DNA of 64,000 nt, from positions 36,208,001 to 36,272,000 of the forward strand of contig CM069159.1 of assembly GCA_035221665.1 (NCBI GenBank), in the 5' to 3' direction. Within the stretch, counting starts at the first letter, position 1, and each line of letters starts with the position of its first letter. Of the stretch, positions 40,101 to 55,100 are shown piece by piece. Position numbers and translations under genes: made by a program. The notes beneath the pieces are model-generated. The model saw only the letters and a program-made list of their open reading frames with translations, was not told the origin of the DNA and ran no database searches. This stretch comes from Okamejei kenojei (lineage: Eukaryota).

Positions 40101-43100
40101 AGTTTTATCTCAATCATGTTTTCCAACACTTTGTTTATTTCCAGCTCTAACTTAGTTTTATTCTCAAAATCCCATTTCACTGTTGGTTTATTGTTGCTCC
40201 CAATGGCAAGATTAAGTCGGGGGGTATTGGTGATAAAAATGTTAATACTTCACTGGTTTGGAACAGTGAAGTTTACATTTTCTTTGTTCCGAGGTAATAC
40301 AAAAGGCTACTGTTGATATATTTACATAGAACAGGATAGGAACAGACCCTGGGCCCACAATGTCTGTCCCCAACATGATGCCAAGACTAACCCGAATCTG
40401 CCTGCACACAATCCATATTCTTCCATTCCCTGCATATCCGTGTGCTTATCCAAAAGTGGCTCAAATGCCACCATTGTATCTTCCTCCACAACCACCACCC
40501 CTGGCAGCTCATTCCTTGCACTTGCCACCCTCCGTGTTTTAAAAAAAAAACTTGACCCGCTCATCTCCATTAAATTGTAACCTCCCACCTTAAAGCTCTG
40601 CCCCCAAGTATTTGATATTTCCATCCTGGGAAAAAGATTCTGCCTACCATATCTCTGCCAACTACTATAGCACTATAATTGGCTTTTGGCTGTGAGCCCC
40701 CGTTCATCAGGATAAACTTGAGTTAGCATTAATGCAAACGTATATTAGCAGTTAAATCACCTGATTCGTAATTAAATTATTTTCCCTCCCTATCATAAAT
40801 AATTTTTCATTGGCTTGTGCAGTGTCCATTGAATTGAAATGGATTGAACTACATTAGATACAGATTCATGACAACCTTGGAAAGAAAATGTATAGGTTAT
40901 TAATTAATGATAATTGGCCTAGTTTATTACTGTTAACACTGGATCGGTGAGTGCCAGTGTACTTAATTTTGGAGTTGAGTTGTTAGATTATCATGCTCTT
41001 TCTACAGTTGAGTTATTCACTGAGTTTTGCTTGAGAGCACAGTACTCCATTCAGGGTTATTGAGCATTTTTCTGTGGAACGCTATAAGTGCTCAATGTAA
41101 GAGTGATTGGTTGTGGACTTGTGCTGGGTTTCCCCCATATGGGCCAGTCCTAATTTGAATTTGGCCTCTGGATATTTGTTCTCTGGAACATCTCCATTGA
41201 AAGAAAATACAAAATACAATGGCAAGTAAATCTGTTTTCACAAATTTTGACAAACACTTGCTTTTGTTGATACATACATAACTATATTGAGTCCAATTTA
41301 GCTTAACGTCCACCATAGGATAGGATGTAAGTTGAGAGCAAAAGCATATGGAAAAAGTTACCTTGACTACTGCTGAAAGACATGCGCGGTTATTCTTGAG
41401 GCATTATAGTAATTCCAAGCCTTCCATTCATATTACTGGATAAAATGTACTGAGCACCTTGAAACTGATTTCATACAATGTAATTGCATCCTTGTAGCTC
41501 CTCGATTCTGATTCCTAACCTATTGATTCTCAGATTGAGGTATCCACACACCTTTGGATCCTTGCGAGGAATCTCCTTTTAAGTGGGCGAAACTGCAATA
41601 GCAGATTCCTAATGTCAGGGTGACCTATATTTGAGGGGTTAAGACAAGATTTGGAAAGACAAGTCTCATTGGTGGTTTTGAGGATATTAGGGAGGGGACT
41701 TGGAAGGTATTGGAGAGAAATCTTATAGATTGGAGAGTTGGAAAAACAATAGACTGCAGTTGCTGCACAAAAATAGACCACTGGTTTATTTGGTGGTGAA
41801 GCAACATATGTGAAGGTAAAGGGAAAGCCAATGTTTCAGGGGTTGACCCTGCGTCAGGGTTGAAATTTTGGCTATACCTTTGCCTCCACAGATGCTGCAC
41901 GATCTTCTGCGTTTCTCTGCCAGTTTGCTGATTGGGGAGTTTTTGGGGCAAATGATGATGTTTAGGTAGGTTTCCTACATGATGGTTAACATTTGAATGA
42001 TTAAAATACAAAACATGATGGTAATGGTATACAGCTAACAAATTTGTAACAATGCATAGTGTAAAGAATCTTTGGCACCTTGTTCTCCCCGAAGGCACTA
42101 AAGTGATCAGCAGTAGAAGCGTGTTGTGCTTGAGGTAGCTCTCAATGGACTACCTGTTTGACATAGCCTCTCTCCCTAGTAATTATTCTGAAATGATTCA
42201 AAAATATTCTAGCTGTTGAAATGTTTACTTAAAGGGTTCTACATGCAGTCTGTATGGTTTTGAAATTGGAGGTTTCCATTTTATTTTAGTTTAGAAATAT
42301 AATTCCCCACACCAATTGCATCAGTTCCATTCCACCAATGCTCCCCTGGATGAAACGGTATTTTGTAACACTGAGTCATGCAGATGATAAGCTTTCAATT
42401 CCTCATGCATGCTGATTGAGCTGATCTCAGCTGGGACAGCAACTGAACCTCTGCAGATGGTCTCAACTCCTCTCGACTAGGATAGGAAACATTAATTGGT
42501 CGGGGGAGGGGTTTGATCTAAACCACATTCCAGTGACATTCCTTTTATTTATTGTACAGAAAGTAGTTTGCATAGAGATCTGTTGTATTTGAACTTGCTT
42601 ACAGAAATGTTTTGCTTTGAAAATGTTGACCTCCCCCAAGTAAAGGCTTTCATTTAGAAATATTTTGATTTTTTTAAAGTAGTGTTACCTACACAGGCAC
42701 TGCTTTTATATTTGGCAACAGATACAGCTTTACACAAAACAATTGTATTGATTTCATGCTTCTTATTTTTAGGACAAAGTGATTCCTGTCAGTAAGTTTG
42801 AACCCAGTACTCTGAATCTACTCACCACGTTCACAAACGTCAGTTGTGGAAAACAGAAACCGTTATTGGATGGAGTCCACAGGATCAGAGTGGATTTCAA
42901 GGTAGAAACAAGAACTCTGAGGCTTCACATTTGCACAATTGACCACATTGGCTCTGGGAAATGGTGGCTGCAATACTCATTTTCGTTACCTTCCTGCCAT
43001 TAACCATCATTTCTACAAGCATGCATGCAAAGCTCTAAACATTTAAACATGTTTTTGTGACTGTCAACCCAAGGACAATAGTCTAAAACACTAAAATCTT

Positions 43101-46100
43101 GGACAGCACTATTTCATAAGGGACACATCAACATATTCTCATTCTATGGGTGTAAGGTGTAATGATGACTCTATTTTATTAATTTTCCACTATACCCCCA
43201 AGTTACTACTTTGTAGTATATTGCTTGGCTAACTTGTAGAACTGTTTGGTGTAACATGCTTATATGTATCCAGGGCATGCCAACAACCCCATCAATCTTC
43301 AGGATGGTTTTGATCTACATTGAGCTTATTTCTGACTTTGAAGGGAATTGCAGGCACACAATGGATGTGTGTCGTAAATGTTCACAATAATACAAGGAAT
43401 ATTGCTGATAGTGTTTCTGGGATTATCATGGAAACCACTGTAATCTGAATTAAAGATTGAGGTAAATCCTATTTACTCCAGTTAGTGCCAGAATTTAACA
43501 AAACACCGCCTGTAATGAACTTGTGTGTTCTGTGAAGGTTGTGATGCTATTTACCCTATATCAATGTTCTCCATGTGGATGTATGTCCATCCTGACATTG
43601 ATTGCTTCACTTTAATCGTATTATATCTAGAATGTTATGTATTATTTATTGTAAATTGCATATAATGTTCTTCTGAAGAACTGAGAGGTTATTCCCAATG
43701 AAACTGAACGATATGAAGCAATGTATTCAGAACCTGTTGCATGAATGTTGACTTGAGTTAGATGTTCATGTACTTGTTGCAATTATCTGCAGAACTCTAA
43801 CTGAATTTGATCCAAAATAAATAACTAGCTTGCTGTTTATTTTCTGATATAATTCTATTGACTTTTTAGGAGGACTGTGAAGTGGAGAATGTGTGGGAAT
43901 TGGGTGGACTTAGCATCTTGACCTCTGTACCCATCACTCCCAGGGTGGTGTGTTTCCTCTGCGCCAGCAGTGGACATGTGGAGGTATGGTTCCCTGCTAA
44001 TGTTCATTTAATTAGAGGTCTGTTTGGATGTAATATCAAATATCACTGCATTGAGGGAAGCTCATTTCTGTTTTGGGCAACTTATCTCAACACTGGATAT
44101 GAGAGGAATCTCACTGCACCTACTTTAGTCTTTTGGTTTAGACAGCAAGCAGCATGAAGGGAAATTGGAATGCAGAATAGAATGTTTAAACTTATTGGGA
44201 GCATGAAAACCACAAAGTTGTCAGGTTTCTCTTAATGGGACATATATTCTCTGATCCTGTTTGCTACTACAATATAACATTTGAACTGCTATTCGCATTG
44301 GAGAGGAAAGGTCTGACTTTATCTGTTAATCTCAGTGGACGTTATAGTTTGTACACCAGAGTATGTTAACTAAGATGTGGATCTTGTAATAATGTTGAAT
44401 AAGACTTTCTGCTTAATTCATGCTATTGCAGTGGTGATGTGTTTACCTCAGATCCAGAATATGCCCTGCAAATTCTCCTGCATGGATTTGGATTCAGAAC
44501 CTCAGCAGACTCACCAACTGCAATCCTGTGGGTGTACCATACTGTCAGGAGTCACTACTTTGTGCACGAGATGTGGAAATGGTGTTCTGTTTATACATAG
44601 GTGCATTTATTGGATGCCAGAGCACTGTTTTGAGGAAGATCTACAGTGTAATTCCCCAGTCAATATTTATCTCCCTGTCATCATCACTAAAATAGATTAT
44701 ATGTTTATCTATAGGAGATATGTTTGTTATCTCCTTATTAATTGAGAAAACCTGTTGTGTGTGAATTGTTCCTTGTTCCTTACAATGCACCAATGACCAC
44801 CATAACAGGTTTTTATTAGCAATAAAATGCTTTAGCACTGTGAAGGTGCTGTATCTGTGCGGGTACGTATTTTGTTTCATGTGTGCTGTTTGCTCATTTG
44901 TTCTCTGTTTCGATTGTTTTGCAGTTTATTTACTGTCAGGTTTGCTGTGAGCCCTTCCACCTCTTCTGCCTGGAGGAAAGTGAGCGCCCTCTGGAGGAGC
45001 AGTGGGAGAACTGGTGTTGCCGGCGCTGCAAGTTCTGCCATGTCTGTTGCCGACAGAATAAATCTTCAAAGGTAACGGTATCAGATAATGAGCTACCTTT
45101 GAATATTTCCGATGAGTCATTGTGGTAACACTAGTGCAACATATGTCCGGCATAATCCAGAATTTAGGATTGCCTACAAGATTAATTGTGAGCCGTGTAT
45201 CCCTAGAAAGATTTTCATTGTCTGTTCTAGTGGTACCAGACGTTTATTCCTTTCCTATTCCCTCCACTTTGTACGCTATAGAGACCTGTAGGAAGAAACT
45301 GCAGATGCTGGTTTACACTGAAGATAGACATAAAATGTTGGAGTAACTCAACGAGACAGGCAGTCCTGCTGAGTTACTCTCGCATTTTGTGTCTATCTAC
45401 AGTATAAGACTACAGAAATGGAATAAGTGCGTCTTGAGGTGGATGTTAAAGTTTCATTTTAAAAACATAGTAAGAATAAATTAACTCTAACTCAGACTTA
45501 TTAGGATATTCTGCCTTCTCAAACATGTCAACAACTCCTCCCACAAGAAAAATCATCAGTTTCTTTCAGTATCAATTATTTCTGTCAAAGAACATATTAT
45601 AAAAAGGTACGTATATTCTCCCATTTTAAGTTAAGCTGTTATCTTCACCCTTCTACACGTTCCTGTTTGTGAACATTAGCTCTGGTGAATGACCTGTTTT
45701 CATTCCATGCTGTTGCTACCGAGGGACAAGGCCAAGAGATGCCAAAGACTGGGACATTTTGTGCATCTGAGCAAGTGCTTCACTGCTCAGATTTCCCAGT
45801 GAGGTTCAGCTGAAATCAGGAGATATTGTGTGTAATCGGACAGATGACTCACCTGTTACTTGAACTGTCATAACATCTGTTTGGAGAGAATGTGTCTTAT
45901 CTTGATTGACCATTGCATGAATGCACTATCTCGTATCAATATGTTATTCAGTCCATGAATAGTCCATTTAAATTTCCTTTTGATTATTTTTTGCTTGGCT
46001 AGTTTTTGTACGAGTTCTGGTGCTTCCCCGTACAATAGTCAGTTTGGAATTTACATTTAAAACCTCAGTTTGTCTTTTGTTTTTACAAGCTGATGAACTG

Positions 46101-49100
46101 TAACCAGCAGTTTTTTAAAATTCTTTCTGACTCTATGTTAATGAAAATGAAGGTAGGGTGCAAGTGGAACAGAATAATGCTGAAGAGAGGAGTTCTGAAT
46201 AATTTGTTTCTTGTGCTGAATCATGAGAAAAGTAAAACATCAATTCTTAAAACATTTATTTTAACACAGCAGCTTCTTGAGTGTGGCAAGTGCAGAAACA
46301 GCTATCATCCAGAGTGCCTGGGACCTAACTACCCAACAAAACCAACTAAGAAAAAGAAAGTCTGGGTAAATTTTGTTAATTTGCGCAAAGTTGTGACTGT
46401 TGAACCATTTAATTTCTTCATTATGTGGGCATATCTATGACCTGCCTCTATTTTAATGTAGCATTCATGCAGATAAAATAGATTGGGTGTTTGAAACATC
46501 TTTATGCTGATCAAACTAACAGTACAATTCGTTTATTAATGTGGTTATTCATTATGGAGCACATAATACAGGATCAGCCCAAGCTCTTGGAGAGCAACAT
46601 TTAATTGATGTGTGTTTAATACTTCAATTCAGGATTGAATTGCCTCTTCCTTCTCAAACATCTGCAGTTACCCTTCCGCCCCTCCTCCACCACCCTCTGC
46701 TCATCACTTTCCCCGACCCCCTCTAACACAGGAAAATTAATAACCTCTCCAGCTTGTGTTTAAATTGGTATATTCATGTGCTCAGGATTTATTAAAAAAT
46801 ATATTTTTAAAAAGTCCAAAAATTTGAACTGAAAGCAAAAAAATCTTATAAATACACAGCAATCTCTTCAGAATGTGAAAGATGAAGGCCAACATCAGTT
46901 TGGATTCTTTATCAGAACAAATTGTTTATCCTTTAGATGTCACTATTTTCTAGTCCGCTTCTATCTCTTTCAGTTGGTGATCTTTTTCTCTTCTTATTTT
47001 CTATTTTAATTTGACATCACCTTAATGTTTTCTAATAAAGATCTCCTCCGCTGTAGATATGCACCAAATGTGTACGTTGTAAAAGTTGTGGAGCGACAAC
47101 ACCAGGGAAAGGCTGGGAAGCACAGTGGTCACATGATTTTTCTTTATGTCACGAATGTGCAAAACTGTTTGATAAAGGTAAGTGTGTGTATTTTGGCCAT
47201 CAATCTGTCATTCCTGGACACCAGTTGTAATGCAGCAATTTAATTAATGTCATTTTCAAGCAAAGAAATACAGATTTCTAATAAAGCTTTGCCCACAACA
47301 AGTTAGATTATGAGAATCATGGTTGTCATTTGCACTGTTAAAGAAAATAGAAAGTTTGATTCTCAAGTGAAAGGGACTTTACAGTTATGGAAAAACATGA
47401 TGTTTGGCAGAAGACATGAGTGTAGAAATAAGAAACTGGGGGTACTGGTTTACTGAAAAAGACACAAAGTGCTGGAGTAACTGCAGAACATGGGTAGGTG
47501 ACATTTCAGGTAAAGACATTCACTACCTGAAACATCACCAATCCTTATTCTCCAGAGAATGAGGATTCTCTGGAGATTAAGAGACCTGCAGAGTTACTCC
47601 AGCATTTTGTGTCTTTTACAACTGTAGTTTTTTATTTTTTAAAGAAAACCTAATAGTACATTTTTGCTGGGGTTGTGGGAGGGGTCTTGTACATCACAAA
47701 ATTACTTTAACTTTCAATATACGTTTGTGTGTTATACAAACTTGCATGTTATAGATGTAAAAAAATATTATTAAAAGCCAAATAGAGAAAGAAGAATGCT
47801 GAAGTTGTCGTGCAAACTAAACAGCAATCCTGGGATGATCTATAATTGGAAATATCTTCACATGGCTTTGGTTTAACTTTCAAGTTTCTGCCTAGTAAAA
47901 GACCAGTTTGTCTGGAGGAACTACCACAAACAGCATCAGTAACTTGTACAGCTTTGACACTTGAACTCTTTGTTTCTTGATTTTGAGTCATTTTCCGGGT
48001 TAGGTTTAGGGGCTCCGATTGGCCTTCTGACCCTTGCACTCCTCACAAGGAGCGAGAGAGATGCCGGGCCATTTCATGGCAGGATAATCCTGATTCTGAT
48101 GTGGACCATGCATGAACGATAAGGTGATGGGAAATGCAATGAGATGAGAGCTAACTTGGGAGACTCATATCTCTGTGGTTTGATTGGTGGGGACAGCTGC
48201 TTAATGCCTACATCAAATTTGGGATGCATTTGTTGACCCTTTAAAAATTGAAATCAGTTTGTCACTACTGTCGTAGTCACTATTTAAATTCTGTGATTAC
48301 CACATCACTGTTGAGAGACAACATTCATCAGTTGGTATGCTCTGCCAAGGAGCACATAAACACATCTAGCTTGAATCAGCTGAAACCCAAGAAAAGATAA
48401 AACCGGTTTAACCATATTCATGAGTCCCTTTGTTTTCTGGTGACAGAATAAGTACATTTCTGATTTAATTAAATCGACTTGGGCAAATTTTGGTCAGTGA
48501 TTCTCTTCTATTTGTTCATGAATCCATTTAAAAAGCTATTGTTGTTTTCCTCAGTGCATTGTTGGTTGGTGGTGTAACCTAGCAGCTGCCTGATTAGCCT
48601 CCATTATGTATGCTTTATGTTATTATGTGAATCAAAATGCATTGAGCAATAGAATGCAAACACGTTTTCATAAAATGATGACCAGACGTGTGTCAGCAGT
48701 GTTGTGCGCTGTCAAGAGAACTGGAAGGATACATGGTACATTGATGGTAATTTCCTGTTTATTTTTAGGAAACTTTTGTCCACTGTGTGACAAGTGCTAT
48801 GATGATGATGATTATGAAAGCAAGATGATGCAGTGTGGAAAGTGTGATCGTTGGGTTCATGCAAAGTGTGAAAGCTTGTCAGGTATTTGGAAGCGCAGAC
48901 TTTGTATTCTGGATGAAAACTGACAGCCCATTTAAAAAGATACAATTGCTGGTTGATGTGTTTTTGCTTTGTTTAGATTTAATTTGTTTCGAGCTCTCAG
49001 TGCGAAGTATAAATGCAGAATGCTTTCTATAACAGTAGCTTATCAAGTTCACGTTTAGTTTTTCATGTAATCATTTCTGGCCAAATGTTGTTGGAATCCC

Positions 49101-52100
49101 TCTTTTTTTTCTAGCCTTAATGTGACATTAGTTTTGCTTGTATTTTCCTCCCATTTCCATACCCGAGCCTCAACCTTCCACAACCAAACAAATATTTGTG
49201 TCCCAATAATATGGCGCAAAGTGCTAGAGTAATTCAGCAGATCAGACAGCATCTCTGGAGAGCATGGACAGGTGACATTTTGGGTCGGGGTCCTCCTTCA
49301 GTCTCTTCTGAAGAATGATCCTCACCTGAAAGGTCACCTATTCATGTTCTCCAGAGATGCTGCCCAACCTACTGAGTATTCCAGCACTTTGTATCCTTTT
49401 GTACATCTGTAGTTTCTTGTTTCTGTCCCAATAATTTGGATAGTTAATTAAAATCATTTGTATCTTCGTATAGGAACAGAGAGAATCGTGCATCATTAAG
49501 ATAAGCTTCAGTTAGTCATTGTTAAGCTGCCCATCCATGTAAGAAATTGCCTATCGTAAGAAGATGCATACTGTATAATTGGCAGATGGCACTATGTTCA
49601 GTTACACATTTGGAGAGATGGTAGGGATCAGCTTTGAACTTGTTTCAAATGTAAACTATTTTATCCAGCTTGCTCTGTTCTGTACGAGGGCTCTACTTTT
49701 CCACTTCCTCTCCTGCCCACCAACACTGTATCTAAAACAAAACCAATTTAAATGAGTGGCATAAGTTTGATTGTCTAGCTGATTCCACATTTATGATTGG
49801 CTGGAATCTGCTCAATTCAGATGACAGGAAGTTGCCGCGTCCCTTTTGTTTAGTGAAACATGTATCTTCATTAGTGCTTTGCACCCTTTACTGTGCACAG
49901 TTTTCCCCATTCATAAATATTCCTCATATATTGATGATAAAATTACACAGAATCTGTTCTATTAAAATCAGAAAAGTGTCTTGCTATGCATGACAATTTT
50001 TACCATTGGTTTTATCTTCATCCAGATGAGATGTATGAAATCTTGTCAAATCTTCCAGAAAGTGTGGCATACACATGCATAAATTGCACGGAACAACACC
50101 CTGCAGAATGGAGGCTGGCATTAGGCAAGGAGCTGCAAATCTCTTTAAAGCAAGTCTTGACTGCATTGCTAAACTCTAGAACAACCAGTCACTTGTTGCG
50201 ATATAGGCAGGTAAGTCTAAGCTGCTCATTCATCACAATGTCAAAGAAATCATTAGCAAAAGCATATTATAATTTCACCTGTGGTTTTCATGCATTGATT
50301 GCTGTTATTGATTCATGTTTTTAAGCTTGTTTTTGATGTAATCAGAAATGAATCAAACCGATAACTGGAAGAAGGCTTTTAGCCTTGAAGTATATTGGAA
50401 CCTTTAAATTTTGGCTTGATTTGATGAATGCTGTTTCCATTTTCCATTCTTTTCCTTGGTCAGGAGAGAACACGAGTGAAACAATGGTCTTTCTGGGTCT
50501 GTTTTGATGCCCATCTTTTAAATCGCGAGATAGCTGAGGATATGCTTAGGACAGGACCATACATCTAGGTTGTGCTGGTCCAGGCATTACCATTTTGATG
50601 AAATTAAATCCTCGAGTTTGTCTGATTAAATGGATAAAAATAATGATTTTGCATAATTTGAAGAGTTGGTTTGTATTTGTGGGGAGGGGAGCAGTAGTTT
50701 TGATGCAGCTGGTGTATACTGCCTTGGCCAGCATTCTGTAATTAATTGCTCAGCGTTCATAGATATTTGTGAAACATATTTATAACTTGGCTGCTATATT
50801 TAACTCCACTACAACAGTCATGCACTTCAAAGAACAAACTTGTTAAATATGGATGCCCATCGATTCCCTGAGGGCAAGGAAATTAATTGTTTTATTGCGC
50901 TCTTGTGTATTCCTGTGAGAAATTACTTTCATTCCAATGGATTCCTGATGGAGACCAGGAATTTTCAATATTGTATTATGGATACAGTGTCAAAACACTG
51001 AACACTTTCAAATTTATGAAATGCTGCATGCCGAAGAGAATAGTATTAATAACTATGATAGGAACTGTGAAGTGGAAGGCAAAGAAATTCATTGCCCACA
51101 AAGCTACAGCATTAGGAAGCAAAGGAAAACCATGTTTGGTTGTGGATTCATTACTAAGAAATCATTGGTGTCTAAGGTGTTGGATGCTGCTGAATTGGCC
51201 TTGCTCTAAGCGCAAAGAGCACCAAATGAGATGAGTAAATTCGGGAAGGGGGCAATTTGTGGGGTTCATGAAGGTTAAAGGCCAATGGTTTGGTAAGATT
51301 ATTGATTGGACACTGGTGTGAGGGTGGGTTGAATGCCGGTGAACCTTGAGTAAGGTGTCTCTGATTATGTTGGCAAATCAAGAGGCTGTAGCTGGGGGAG
51401 GGGTGTGGGTGAGGTTTGGTTATCAGGGCCTGGGGGTATGACATTATTGTGTGTTTACCAAAAGGAATTAATTAATTTATTATGATTCATGACATAACTC
51501 CAAAGTCATATTTCCTGAGTAGCATAAATCAACCAGAAACATTCACAATTGCATTCCTCTCTGGGGAAATATCAATTTTTACACATCTGTCTCCGAAACG
51601 AAAACAGCCCTGCCTGATTGAACTTTGAGGCCTTGTTGTTTGTTGTAAGGGACTAATTTCATTTCAAATTTTATCTTGAAATTCAATGAAGGAGTTCTTT
51701 TTTTTAAAAAGCTAAGCTGCTGGTTGCGATATATAATTTGCAGAAATTACACAAAAGATCTCCATAACAATATGTGAATGAGAATCTCTGGAGGAGCATT
51801 GTAAAATAAACACATATTTGAGATTGACCTCTCTTTGTTTACATCTTATGTTATTCGGATATCAACATTTGATTTGGATTATAAAATAGTGAGAAACGTT
51901 GTTTTCTTTGTCAAGCAGACCACAGTTCTGGCTCGGATTTGTTCTGTTCATACCTGTCATTCATTTGTTCTTTGCACCTTTACATAACTCTAGTTTCCCT
52001 CTCCCCTGACTCTGTCTGAAGAAGGATCATGACCCAAAATGTCACCTACTGCTTTTCTCCAGAGATACTGCCTGATATGCTGAGTTACTTCAGCATTTTG

Positions 52101-55100
52101 TGTCTATCTTTGATGTAAACCAGCATCTGCAGTTCCTTCCTCCAAAGTTGATAATGCGATTTGAACTTTTCACAACATAGAAATTGAGATGGTTTGTAAG
52201 TGACGTGAAAGATTTTCCAACTGAATTCCATTTGCTGTCTTTTTAACCAGGCTGCTAAACCACCTGATTTAAATCCAGAGACAGAAGAAGCTGTCTCTGT
52301 TAGAAGTTCACCTGAAGGTCCTGATCCTCCCGTTCTTACGGAAGTAAATCAGCAGGATGAGCAACCTCTCGATCTGGAGGGTGTGAAGAGGAAGATGGAA
52401 CAGGAGAGATATAATTCGGTGGTAAGGGTGCCATTAAATTACTTGCCAAGAATTAATAGAAATACACTTTGATTAATCCCTAAGAAAAATGTAAGACTAT
52501 TCCATGTTCTGCATCTTATATTCTCCATCATATGAGTCAATGCCCTCTCAGTAAAGTATGCTATCTGTTGCCAAACACTTTAGTGGCTGATTATCTCCCT
52601 ATTCTGTGTTCAGCTCGAGTTCAGCGATGACATTGTGAAGATCATCCAAACAGCTATGAACTGCGATGGTGGGCAGCCTGAAAATAAAAAAGCCAATAGC
52701 ATGGTCAAAGCTTTCTTTATACGGGTAAGAGGGAAAAAAGAGCAATTTCTCTGGGATTTTCAGTGCCTATATATCAATACAAAATAATGGTGCCATATTA
52801 AAGTGTTAAGATGCAAACGTGCTGCAAACATTCTGTCTTCAACCAACAGTTATCGACAGTTAATCATAGCAACCTATGTGTTGTTTCTCTTGCTGAATGA
52901 TAAAATGTTCATCTTAGATCTAATGTTCTTGGTCGGAATATTTCAGCAGTGTTTTGAAATAATTCTGTTCCAGAGATCCACTTAAGTTTTCTTTTAAGTT
53001 TTAAAATTGTAGTGTTAATGTTGTGATCAGGTTTTTTTTATCTTTGTATCTCCTCTCATGCTCATCCTTTCAATGTGACCCAACTCCTGAATCCCTAGAC
53101 TGCATTTCCACTAAAATGCTGACCAACTAGCTTTCCTTCCTGGCCTCATGGATTCCTGTCTGCAGGTACTGTTTCCTCACTTTGAAATGTATTGTCATCG
53201 GCCTCTCAGAAATAAGTTCCTCTACTCCTCTCACCACCACCCTGCTTTTCCCCTTCCCCTCCCTCTCGCCCCGCAATCTTTGACAATTATTTTTTGAAGG
53301 ATAAAGGAAAGAGAAGTGATGTTTCTCAATTTATTATTAATTTCTGTATTTTCATCCCTTGTATCCTCTGAAGCTGACTTCTCAACTTCTGCAGTCAATA
53401 ACTTAATTTATTTTTAACCACCGAGTTATAACTTTCTCGTATACTTTTGTCTTTCGAATTCCCAAGAACTCTCCGATACCTCTCCTCTTTCTTGCCTAGA
53501 TGCTGATTATTGGCAATAGCTTGTAAAGATGTGTTTAGAAGTCTAAAGGAGTAGAGCTCCAACAATACTTGCCACCATCCATTAACAAAGTAGAATGATT
53601 ACACTTGGTTTGTTACCCATTCCATGACCTTAAACGTTCATTCCCTCCACCACAGGTGGACAATGGCGACAGTTTGTACTAATTGAAGAAGGCACCGGGC
53701 ATCACATGAATGTTCCTCTCCCCATTGCACATCATCTTGAAAATACATTGCTGTTCCTTTATTATTGCTCTATCATTGGAACCCTCCACCGACCAGCTTC
53801 GTCGCAGTTACTTCATCCAAAAGATCCAGTGGTTCAAATTGGCAGGTCATGCCCAGATTGAGAAAAATAGATACATTCCATATTCCCACAAAAAAAAGAC
53901 TAAATATCCTAGAGTAACTCAATGGGTTATCAATCCATGTTCTCCAAAGATGCTGCCTAACCTGCTGAGTTACTCCAACACTTTGTCCTTTTTTGGAAAT
54001 CAGCATCTGTAGTTCCTTATTTCTTCATGTTACCACAATTAAGTTTATGCTTTGTGTTTTTGCTTGAACTTCAATGATCAGAAGTGAACAACAGTTTATT
54101 TGGTTATCCCATTGATAAGATGTTGGCTTGCTGGGATAGATGGTCTTTCCCAATTCTTACAGTATTCACATCTGATGAGAAAAATATCAATTGTTTGAAA
54201 GTAAACCTTTTGATAAAGCAAAAGTGTTACCAAAGAGTGCATAAAAATATTGACTTAATTATTTGCAGACTTTTCTACTATTTTTGTAATAATTCAATTA
54301 TAGACAATAGGTGCAGGAGTAGGCCATTCAGCCCTTCGAGCCAGCACTGCCATTCAATGTGATCATGGCTGATCATCCACATTCAATAGATTATTAGGTT
54401 ATTCAGTCTTTCTCCCCTGCTCCATCCTGCAATTAATATTTTTCAGTCAGTCTATGCTGTACTTAATTGGAAGAATTAATGCAAGGCCAACATTCTTGAA
54501 TTACAGGCTTCTCTCATATCACTTCTTTATCAGATACATTAAAATTAAAAGTGATTCCACAATTTTGTGATAGTTGAATGGTTGATGAAATATCTCTGAA
54601 TATCATTGTTCTTCATGGATTACTTAGAATAAATAGCATTGATGCATGCATAAGACAGTTTGCATGAATTTTTTTTTGGCTTGTGAGTTCCCAACAGTCC
54701 CAGCTATCGCTTATGCCTGACGAACATTGCTCTGAGGAAATCGCCGTAACATTGATATTCCACAGATATACTTTGTCTTATTTTTTTAACGAACATAGTA
54801 GGCCCCCCTCGGTCATGACTGACCATGGGTGATGCATCCTAGTCAGATGCAAGCCTGGGCAATGTCATACGGAGGACAGGCTGTTGCCCATGCAGCACGT
54901 CCCCCCCTCACCACGTTGCTGATCCATCCAAAGGAACAGCAGGGCCGTTACAGATTGGCACCAGCGCCGTCGCAGGAGCTGCCAGAGTGAGGTTGTAGAC
55001 AACGACGAACTGCCTTGGGGGCTCCGACTCTGGATTTTCTTGAGGTTTACTCCTGGAGCCTTTTCCATGACTGGATATGGCCACAAGGCAGTGGAGGTTT

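Noticed and set aside
48883-48900. Alternative donor adding three residues in PHD3, as in a human isoform
   Set aside because: No GT at +9 here (gtatttgga|ag), so the variant cannot be supported.
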